Source: an uncultured Acidobacteriota bacterium
GTDB lineage: Bacteria; Acidobacteriota; Thermoanaerobaculia; Multivoradales; SZUA-115
Direction: 5' to 3'
Assembly (NCBI GenBank): GCA_963805975.1
Contig: CAWDVR010000001.1
Location: 1,024,001-1,088,000 of the forward strand
DNA: 64,000 bases
Position numbers and translations under genes: made by a program. Of this stretch, positions 56,352 through 64,000 are shown one piece after another (position 1 is the stretch's first letter; every line of letters starts with the position of its first letter). The notes under the pieces are model-generated. The model did not search any database. It saw nothing but the letters and a program-made list of their open reading frames with translations, and was not told the origin of the DNA.

Positions 56352-57881
56352 ATGGACAAGAGTCCGATCCGCGTTCTGATCCTCGCGCTCCTGGCGTGCT
56401 GTCTGACCGGTGCTGCCAACCGTCCGGTGAAAAAGGCCGGGGATCTCTCGTGGCAGCCATATCTGCTGGAGACCGCCGGTGGGGAGAAGGTCGAGGCGGA
56501 GCTCGGCACGTTGGTGGTGCCCGAGAGCCGCAAGCGGCCGGACGGCCGCCTGATCGAGCTCTCGTTCGTGCGGCTCAAGAGCCTGGCGCCGAACCCCGGT
56601 CCGCCGATCGTCTACCTGGCGGGCGGCCCCGGGGGCTCCGGCATCGATGCCGCACGCGGCGCCCGCCATCCGCTGTTCACGGCCTTGCGCCAGGTCGCGG
56701 ACGTGATCGCCCTCGACCAGCGCGGCGTGGGCTTGTCGGCTCACGTCCTGATGCTCTGCCGCGAGTCCTGGCTCCTTCCCATCGACCGGCCGGGGGAGCG
56801 GAGCACGATGATCGACGCCGCCCGGCGCCACTCCCGGTCCTGCGCCGAGTTTCTCGCCCGGAATCAGTTCGATCTCTCCGCCTACGACACCGACCAGAGC
56901 GCGGACGACCTGGAGGATCTGCGCCGGGCATTGGGCGCTCCTCGGCTCAGCCTGTGGGGCGTCAGCTACGGCACCACGCTGGCGCTCACCGCCCTGCGCC
57001 GCCATCCGGAGAGCTTCCACCGCGCCGTCCTGGCCGGCGTCGAAGGTCCGGGCCAGGGCCTCCGGCTGCCGAGTGAGGTCCAGAGTTTCCTCGAGCAGGC
57101 CGGCCGGATGGCCCGTACCGACCCGGGGACCCGCGACGCGGTCCCCGACCTGCTCGCGCTCATGCGCTCGGTGCTCGACCGTCTCGGCGAGCGGCCGGTC
57201 ACGGTCGAAGTGTTCGACGAGTTGGCGCGCCGCAAGGTCCCGGTCACCGTCGGCCGGTTCGACCTCCAGTTGATGACCGTGCAGGCCCTGGCCGACAGCG
57301 ACGGGCTCCGCCGGCTGCCGGCCGAGTACTTCGAGATGTCGCGGGGCGACTTCTCCCGGCTGGCGGATTTCGTCTACCAGCGGCGCAAGGGGTGGCTCGG
57401 GCAGGCGATGCCCTATCTGGTCGACTGCTCGCAGGGAACGCCGCCGGAGCGCTGGGCACGCGTCCTCGCGGAGGAAAAGGAGACGCTGCTGGGCCGCGTC
57501 GCGGACTTCCCGTACCCCGAGATCTGCGAGGGGTGGGGGCTCGCCGCCCCCGGTCCTGCCACCTGGGAGCCCGTGCGGTCCGAGGTTCCCGTCCTCCTCG
57601 TCAGCGGCACCCTGGACGGCCGCACGCCGCCGCAGAATGCCGTCGAGGCCGCCGAGGGGCTCCCTCATTCCATCCAGCTCGTGATCGAGGATGCGGGGCA
57701 TGGCGACGACCTGCTGATCGCCTCGCCGGCGATCCGTGAGGCGATCGTCGCCTTCCTCCAGGGCGGCAAACTGGCTACCGGGAGGATCGCTCTCCCTCCC
57801 TTCCGCTTCCAGCCGGCCGGGAGCCCTGTGCCGCCGGCCCCCCCTGCTCAGCGGAACTCGAGCAGCTCGAACGTGCCGTAG
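56352..57881 (+). CDS. Secreted alpha/beta hydrolase (TAP-like, peptidase S33 family)
   Basis: Signal peptide, then GGPGGSG, DQRGVG, nucleophile GVSYG, GTLDGRTP and AGHG. Confidence 0.88.
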   Translation: MDKSPIRVLILALLACCLTGAANRPVKKAGDLSWQPYLLETAGGEKVEAELGTLVVPESRKRPDGRLIELSFVRLKSLAPNPGPPIVYLAGGPGGSGIDAARGARHPLFTALRQVADVIALDQRGVGLSAHVLMLCRESWLLPIDRPGERSTMIDAARRHSRSCAEFLARNQFDLSAYDTDQSADDLEDLRRALGAPRLSLWGVSYGTTLALTALRRHPESFHRAVLAGVEGPGQGLRLPSEVQSFLEQAGRMARTDPGTRDAVPDLLALMRSVLDRLGERPVTVEVFDELARRKVPVTVGRFDLQLMTVQALADSDGLRRLPAEYFEMSRGDFSRLADFVYQRRKGWLGQAMPYLVDCSQGTPPERWARVLAEEKETLLGRVADFPYPEICEGWGLAAPGPATWEPVRSEVPVLLVSGTLDGRTPPQNAVEAAEGLPHSIQLVIEDAGHGDDLLIASPAIREAIVAFLQGGKLATGRIALPPFRFQPAGSPVPPAPPAQRNSSSSNVP

Positions 57882-58354
57882 CGGAGAATGCGCCAGGCGC
57901 CGCCGATCAGCGTCATCGAGTAGGTGTCGATGCCGTCGTTGGTGAACGACGCCCCCTCCCCCATCTTGCCGGCGGAGCGGAAGCGCACCGAGACGATGGC
58001 GCCCTGGTCGAAGCTCAGCACCGACGTGTCGAGCAGAGTGAGCGCGATCTCGGTGACCGGAGCGAGCTCGGTCTCGGCCCGCGTCATCCATTGCGCCGCC
58101 GTCAAGTAGTCCACGGCCGGCGCGCCCTCCCGCGCCAGGTTCACGGTGGAGACCACGGCGCTGGGCGCGAAGAGCATGCGCAGGGTGGCCCAGTCCTTCT
58201 TCTCGAAGGCGCGCAGGAACTGGTGGGCCACCGCGGCGGGGCCCTGCTCGGCCTGCATCTCCGCGGCGAGCGCCGCGCCGGGCGCCCACCCGGCAGCCAG
58301 CGCCGCCACCAGGCCGATGTGCCGTGCCGCCTTCAGAGCAGTGCTCTTTCTCAT
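57848..58354 (-). CDS. Secreted NTF2/SnoaL-like (DUF4440-like) protein
   Basis: Signal peptide, FLRAFEKKDWATLRMLFAPSA and GIDTYSMTLIGGAWRI. Confidence 0.72.
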   Translation of the reverse strand: MRKSTALKAARHIGLVAALAAGWAPGAALAAEMQAEQGPAAVAHQFLRAFEKKDWATLRMLFAPSAVVSTVNLAREGAPAVDYLTAAQWMTRAETELAPVTEIALTLLDTSVLSFDQGAIVSVRFRSAGKMGEGASFTNDGIDTYSMTLIGGAWRILRYGTFELLEFR

Positions 58355-58389
58355 GACAGCCTCTCCTCCAAGTTGTCCGGCCGTGTGGG

Positions 58390-58899
58390 TCAGAAGATCT
58401 CGATCCGCTCCAGATAGCCGTACTGCAGGACCCGCCAGGAACCGGCCATCCGGATCAGCGAGTAGGTGTCGATGCCTTCGCTGACGAACGAGCGTGGGCC
58501 GGCACGGCCGGTGAAGCGGTACCGCAGGTTGACGACGGCGCCCTGCTCCAACGTCGCGGTGCTGCTGTCCAGGAGCTCCAGGCGCAGGTCCTTGAGGTAG
58601 GCATGGTTCTCTTCCGCGGAGGCTGCCCAGTCCGCGGCGCTGAAGCGGTAGAAACGGGGCTCGCCGGAGCGGAAGACCTCCACCCGGGAGACCGTCGCAT
58701 CGGGAGTGAAAAGAGCACGCACCGTGGCGAAGTCCTGCTGCTCGAACGCGCGGGCGAAACGGGTGGCGACCGCCAGGGGCGTCTCCCCGGAGCTCGCCGC
58801 GCCGGCCGGCTCGCCGGCAGCGGCGGGGACGGCGAAGAGCAGAGCTACCAGGACGAGGACCGCTCTTATGCTCGGAACCTGCGCGTCGAGCTCAGGCAT
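58390..58899 (-). CDS. Secreted NTF2/SnoaL-like protein (paralogue of the adjacent gene)
   Basis: Signal peptide, FARAFEQQDFATVRALFTPDA and GIDTYSLIRMAGSWRV. Confidence 0.72.
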   Translation of the reverse strand: MPELDAQVPSIRAVLVLVALLFAVPAAAGEPAGAASSGETPLAVATRFARAFEQQDFATVRALFTPDATVSRVEVFRSGEPRFYRFSAADWAASAEENHAYLKDLRLELLDSSTATLEQGAVVNLRYRFTGRAGPRSFVSEGIDTYSLIRMAGSWRVLQYGYLERIEIF

Positions 58900-58953
58900 G
58901 ATCGCTCCTCTGCGAGACGAGAACGGGTCAAGGCTGCGATAGAAGGTGCGGGG

Positions 58954-58982
58954 TTGTCAAGGTTCTCATTTTTCACTATTCT
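58954..58982 (+). promoter_or_regulatory. Putative sigma70 promoter for the permease at 59007
   Basis: TTGTCA (58954-58959), 17-nt spacer, TATTCT (58977-58982), in an AT-rich divergent intergenic region. Confidence 0.5.
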
Positions 58983-59006
58983 TTCCGAGATCGAACCGGA
59001 TCAAAG

Positions 59007-61437
59007 ATGGCGAGTTTCTGGCAGACACTGCGCTTCAGTGCGCGGGCCCTGGCGCGGCGCCCGTTGTTCAGCTTGGTCGTGATCGCCACTCTGGCGCTGG
59101 GAGTGGGCGCCAACGCCACGGCCACCAGCCTCATCCATTCGATCCTTCTGCGCCCCCTGCCCTTTCCCGATCCCGGCCGCCTGATCAGCCTCTCCGAGGT
59201 GGCCTTGAAGCAGCCTGGCACGCCGAGGGCGGTCTCGGTACCCAACTTCTTCGACTGGCGCCAGAACCGGTCGTTCGCGGGGGTGGCGGCCAGCTACCGC
59301 TGGAAGTCCAGCCTGACGGGCGGCACGCCGGAGCGGTTGTGGATTGGGCTGGTCTCCGCCAATCTGTTCGAGGTGTTGGGCGTCCGCCCGGCGCTGGGCC
59401 GGACGTTCACCGCCACCGAGGATTCCCCGGGCGGGGAGCCGGCGGTGATCCTCGGCCATGGCTTCTGGCAGCGCCGTTTCGGCGGCGCGGCCGATGCCGT
59501 CGGCCGTTCGTTGGTGCTCGACGGCAAGATCCACAACGTCGTCGGCGTGATGCCTGCGAGCTTCGACTTCCCCAGAGATGTCGACCTGTGGGTCCCCCTC
59601 GCCTACGGCCCGGATTCGGAGCCGCGCGACTTCGCTTTCCTCACCGTCGTCGGACGCCTGCGCCCCGGGGTACCGCTGCCGGAGGCGCAGGCCGAGATGA
59701 GCGCTCTGGGGGCGCGCCTGGCCCTGGAGCATGCGGCGACCAACGAGGGGCGGGGCATCCTGGTCCAGACGCTGCACGAGCGCTTGGTGGGGGACACGCG
59801 GCCGGCTCTCCTGATCCTCCTCGGTGTCGCCACGCTGGTGCTCGTGGTCGCCTGCGCGAACCTGGTCAACCTGCTCCTCGCGCGGCGCTCCGCCTGTGCG
59901 CCGGAAGAAACGATCCGCGCCGCCCTCGGCGCGAGCCGCAGCCAGATCATGCAGCAGCCGCTGGCCGAGGGCCTGATCCTGGGTCTCGCCGGCGGGAGCC
60001 GCCGGGACTCTCCTCGGCGCCGGGGCCGTCCGCCTGGTGGCGCTCTACGGTCCCAAGCGCGTCCCGCTCCTGGCGGAGGCCGCGCTCGGCGGGCAGGTGA
60101 TGGTGGTCACCCTGGCGGTCGCGCTGCTCGCCGGTCTGCTCGCGGCACTGGTGCCGGCGGTGCGGGCCAGGCGCCTCGATCTGGCCCGGCGTCTGAACGC
60201 CGCCGGCCGGGGTCTTCGGGGCGGCGCCGCGGAATCCAACCTGCGGCGCACGCTGGTGGCGGCGGAGATCGCGGTCTCGGTGCTGCTGTTGATCGGAGCC
60301 GGCCTGCTGCTCAAGAGCTTCGCCGGCTTGCTGCGAATGGATCCGGGATTCGATCCCACGGACGTCCTGACCCTGCAGATCGAGCTGCCGGAGACGCGGT
60401 ATCCCGAAGCGCACCAGCCGCCGGCCTTCTACGCCGAGCTCTACAGCCGTCTCGCCGCACTGCCCGGGGTCGAGGCGGTGGGCGGCATCTTCCTTCTCCC
60501 GCTCTCCGGGATGCACGCTTCGGCGTCCTTCGTGGCCGAGGGGCAGGCGAAGCCGGGGGACGGCGAGGCCCGGTGGGTGGCCTCGCTGCGGCCGGTGGGA
60601 CCCGACTACTTCCGGGCCATGGACATGCGGCTCGTCAGCGGGCGCCGCTTCACGGCCGGTGACACGGGGCAGACGCTCCCGGTCGTGATCATCAACGAAA
60701 CGATGGCGCGGACCTTCTGGCCGGGCGAAGACCCCCTCGGCCGCAAGGTGACCTTCGGCGTGGACTTCGGGACGACCGGGGCGGTGCCGGAGGTGTCGCG
60801 GGAGATCGTGGGCATCGTCGGCGACGACCGGCACTCCGGCCTCGAGAAGGCCCCGGCGCCCGCCCTGTACGTCTCTCAACTGCAGACCTCGTGGCGGGAC
60901 ATGACCCTGGTGATCCGGTCCGCTCTGCCGCCCGACACGCTGGCGCTTCAAGCGCGCCGCGAGATCGGCAGCCTCGATCCCGATCTGCCGGTCTCCGAGA
61001 TCAAGACCATGGAACAGTGCCTCGTGGATTCGCTGGCGCAGCCCCGCTTCTACGCCGCGTCGGTCGCGGCCCTGGCCGCCCTCGCCCTTGCCCTCGCCAT
61101 GGTGGGGCTCTATGGGTTGATCGCCTTCTCGGTGGGGGAACGCACGCGCGAGCTCGGAATCCGCATGGCGCTGGGGGCCGGCAAGTCTCAGATCCTCCGC
61201 TTGGTTCTCCGGGAGGCGCTGCTGCTGGCCGTCGTTGGGGTGGCCGTGGGCCTCGGGGCCGCCGCTTTTCTCTCGCGGTCGCTCGGCAGCCTGCTCCACG
61301 GCATCACTCCCACGGATCGGGCCGTCTTCCTGGGCGTTCCTGTGCTCCTGGCCGCCGTGGCCCTGGCGGCCAGCTACCTGCCTGCCCGCCGGGCGACCCG
61401 GATCGAGCCCCGGGAAGCCCTGGAGCTGGTCCCTTGA
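59007..61437 (+). CDS. ABC transporter permease, ADOP/MacB-like (apparent frameshift near 60000)
   Basis: The N-terminal half (LALGVGANAT, ACANLVNLLLAR) is in ORF 59007. The C-terminal half (LVAAEIAVS, ERTRELGIRMALGA, ASYLPARRA) is in ORF 60037..61437. Confidence 0.85.
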
Positions 61438-61569
61438 GCGGCGGGGGGTGTCACGATTTCGTCAGATGCAGCACCGCCTTTGAATAGAGGACTCTACCTT
61501 TCTGATCTTTCTGCGTCCTTTTTCCAGGACGCTAGAAAATGCCTCCCGCTGAGGAGGCAAGGAGGTCAA

Positions 61570-62217
61570 ATGACCAACCGTACCAAGGTAGTCGGCATCT
61601 GCCTCGCACTGCTGGCTTGCGTGGCTCTGGCCGCGCCTGCGACAGCCAACGACAACGCCTTCCCGCCGGCGGATCAGTACGTCCTCCGCTCCAATCCCCA
61701 ATTCGAGATCACGGTGGGGGAGAACAAGGAGCTGGTCGCCTGCAAGGCGGCGCTCGTCCTGACCACCGGCACCCCGTATGTGTCGGCGGACGGCAAGCGG
61801 CGCGTCGACCTCCAGATTCTCGATTGGAATGCCACCGGCACCTCCAAGTTGCTGGGTGGCGAGATCACCTTCCGGATGCGCAAGGACGCGACGACCACGG
61901 ACAAGAGCTTCGTCGAGAGCTACGAGCTCGTACAGTCCGGCTCGCACGACTTCCCGGCGCAGGCCCAGTTCGCGATGCCCTACGAGGTGGATACCCCGTT
62001 CGGCACCGTCTCCAATCTGTATGGCGTCACCACCGGAACCATCGAGTCCTTCCCTCCCCAGCCGGGAGCCCAGTTCAAGATGTACAAGGGCGACGTCGCC
62101 CATCTGATGGCGGAATTGATGCCAGCGCCGCTGTCGGCGTTGTCGGCGGCGGGTGAGGTCACCACCGTCAGGGCCGCGATCGCTCCCGTTGCGTGCATCG
62201 AGAGCGATCCGGAGTAG
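61570..62217 (+). CDS. Secreted hypothetical protein (beta-rich, possibly DUF6073/DUF6004-like)
   Basis: AAGGAGG RBS, ATG at 61570, signal peptide, DFPA...F...YEVDTP and IESFPP motifs, and GC-rich third codon positions. Confidence 0.75.
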   Translation: MTNRTKVVGICLALLACVALAAPATANDNAFPPADQYVLRSNPQFEITVGENKELVACKAALVLTTGTPYVSADGKRRVDLQILDWNATGTSKLLGGEITFRMRKDATTTDKSFVESYELVQSGSHDFPAQAQFAMPYEVDTPFGTVSNLYGVTTGTIESFPPQPGAQFKMYKGDVAHLMAELMPAPLSALSAAGEVTTVRAAIAPVACIESDPE

Positions 62218-62287
62218 GAAGAAGAGCCTCTCGGCCGGTCCGGGTCGCGGTCTCCCGGTCCGGCCTGTCGTTTTGCCGAGGCTGGCG

Positions 62288-62419
62288 ATGGTATCCCTTG
62301 AGGAGCCGCCGTTGAACCAGATCGCGGAGACTCTCCGTGATCTGGCGCTCCTTCGAACTCAGTTGGAAGAAGCGTTGGCATATCCCCCAGACCCAGAGCA
62401 AGGCCAGAATTCTGGTTAA
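62288..62419 (+). CDS. Possible small helical ORF (43 aa)
   Basis: ATG after GAGG; the translation looks amphipathic (LNQIAETLRDLALLRTQLEEAL); no recognised family. Confidence 0.25.
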   Translation: MVSLEEPPLNQIAETLRDLALLRTQLEEALAYPPDPEQGQNSG

Positions 62420-62817
62420 GCTCAGGAACCAGCCCCGCTTACCTTTCCCGCCCTCCTAGCCTGGCCGCGGCGCCGGTGTCAGGTTGCCTCGGCGGGGCAG
62501 CCCTTCCCCTGCGAGCCAACTCCTCTCGGCCGCTCGGCAGCTGGCAGCGGGCCCGGCTTCGTCATGAGCCCAGTGACTACGGGATTCGTGCGAGCTCGGC
62601 AACCAGCCAGAGGCGGAAATGTCGCTGGGGACCATGGTTTTCCAGGCTGCTGGGAAGGAGAGTGGCTAGCCTGTTTGGGCTGCTATGGAGGAGTACCAGT
62701 TCATCCAGTGAGGGACTATCCTCCTCGAGACTCGTTCTCTACGAAAACAGCATGGGAAGGCTTCGATCACGGCTTGGTCCTGGGGAGGATCGTCCCATGC
62801 CCAACAGAGGAGAGACC

Positions 62818-64000
62818 ATGCCTCGGAACGCTCTTTGCCTTCTATCGCGTCTATCTCTGCACGTCCTCGCGGCGGCTTTGGTATTGCTGGCCGTGCCCGC
62901 CGTCTCCTGGGCCGCGGACGGCTCGAAGTTCATCGCGCAGACCGGTTCCACCGCCCTCCAACCGGGGCAATCAGGCACGGTCTCGGTCACGATGAGAAAC
63001 ACCGGCACCACGACCTGGACCGCCGCCGCCGGCTACAAGCTCGGCAGCGAGAACCCGCAGGACAACGTCACCTGGGGGAAAAACCGAATCCATCTCGCCC
63101 CCGGAGACACCATCAAGCCCGGCGAAGAGAAGACCTTCACCTTTTCCGTCACCGCGCCGTCCGCGGCGGGCTGGTACAACCTCCAGTGGCGCATGCTGAG
63201 GGAAGGAGTCGCATGGTTCGGGGACCTCTCCGCCAACCGGATAGTGCAGGTGCTGGGCGCCTGGGACATCTCGGCGTTCGTTGCGCAGACTGGTTCCACC
63301 GCCCTTCAACCGGGGCAATCAGGCACGGTCTCGGTCACGATGAGGAACACTGGCACCACGACCTGGACGGCTGCCGCCGGCTACAAGCTCGGCAGCGAAA
63401 ACCCCCGGGACAACGTCACCTGGGGAACCAACCGCATCCAGCTCGCCCCCGGCGACGCCATCAAGCCCGGCGAGCAGAAGACCTTCACCTTCACCGTCAG
63501 GGCGCCGTCCGCCGCCGGCTCCTACAACCTCCAGTGGCGCATGCTGAGGGAGGGGGTCGCCTGGTTCGGGGCCCTCTCCGCCAACCGGACGGTCCAAGTG
63601 CTCGCCAGCGCGGGGGGAGGCTACCGTACGGACTACGAGTACGCGTGCTCCTGGAAGAGGGGCGCTACGACGGGCTCCGCGAGCCTTCGTCTCGATACCA
63701 GCGGCCCATCGGGGCTGCAAGGCACCCTGACCACCGCCCAAACCAATGGCGCCGTCGAGAAAAAACCCTTCGTCCTGAGCAACCCCTCCCACCCCCAGGC
63801 GGGGGCGACCACCTGGCTCTACCACCAGACCGAGGACAACGTGCGGTGTGAGCTGCACCTCCTCGACTCGGGCACGGAGCTGGTATGGAAGAACTGCTCG
63901 AACGGCCTCTACCAGCAGTGCGTCGCCATGACCCAGGACGTGCGGAGCGCCATGGCGACCGCGGCGTGCTCCTGCGGCTCTCTCTCCGGCATGGCGTTGA
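62818..64000 (+). CDS. Secreted protein with two tandem NBR1-Ig-like domains (3'-partial)
   Basis: GAGGAG RBS, ATG at 62818 and a signal peptide, then VTMRNTGTTTW...FTF.V.AP..AG.YNLQWRM twice. Frame +1 stays open to the window end, so it is absent from the ORF track. Confidence 0.85.
   Translation, partial: MPRNALCLLSRLSLHVLAAALVLLAVPAVSWAADGSKFIAQTGSTALQPGQSGTVSVTMRNTGTTTWTAAAGYKLGSENPQDNVTWGKNRIHLAPGDTIKPGEEKTFTFSVTAPSAAGWYNLQWRMLREGVAWFGDLSANRIVQVLGAWDISAFVAQTGSTALQPGQSGTVSVTMRNTGTTTWTAAAGYKLGSENPRDNVTWGTNRIQLAPGDAIKPGEQKTFTFTVRAPSAAGSYNLQWRMLREGVAWFGALSANRTVQVLASAGGGYRTDYEYACSWKRGATTGSASLRLDTSGPSGLQGTLTTAQTNGAVEKKPFVLSNPSHPQAGATTWLYHQTEDNVRCELHLLDSGTELVWKNCSNGLYQQCVAMTQDVRSAMATAACSCGSLSGMAL
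62929..63603 (+). repeat. Intragenic direct repeat, period 348 bp, two copies
   Basis: ttc..cgcagac.ggttccaccgccct.caaccggggcaatcaggcacggtctcggtcacgatgag begins at both 62929 and 63277. Confidence 0.92.

Noticed and set aside
56352-57881. Alpha/beta hydrolase as the missing trans-acting thioesterase
   Set aside because: It has a signal peptide and TAP-like motifs and lies beyond the rtcB boundary among unrelated genes; there is no evidence of linkage
62420-62817. Lower-GC intergenic stretch as an ncRNA or small gene (ORF 62564..62995)
   Set aside because: No recognisable RNA motif or coding bias; probably the promoter region of the 62818 gene

Overview
High-GC (roughly 70% by eye) bacterial DNA. 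Three ADOP/MacB-type permeases suggest Acidobacteriota, which is an inference. Bases 1-41.6 kb are the 3' part of a large NRPS gene cluster. One giant synthetase (<1..34808, at least 10 modules) is split by five apparent frameshifts, probably read or assembly errors. Predicted order: Gly - polar(?) - unknown - Leu - Pro/Pip - Lys - N-methyl-Gly - Pro/Pip-type A domain lacking Asp235 - Ser (then a dehydrating CmodAA domain, so Dha) - Glu-like residue plus epimerase. A separate terminal protein follows, with C-T and a degenerate heterocyclization domain but no A domain and no thioesterase. Next come a SyrD/PvdE-type exporter and a convergent proline/pipecolate hydroxylase plus lysine cyclodeaminase pair. 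The cluster abuts a 5'-truncated rtcB remnant and intact rtcA. The remainder holds DUF2277, DUF488 and cysteine dioxygenase-like genes, ADOP permeases, a Cys-rich DUF4038-like secreted protein, an atypical coaBC, an MMPL transporter, a TAP-like hydrolase, two NTF2-like paralogues and secreted proteins, the last with duplicated Ig-like domains running off the window end. Substrate calls are manual readings of specificity codes, not tool output.
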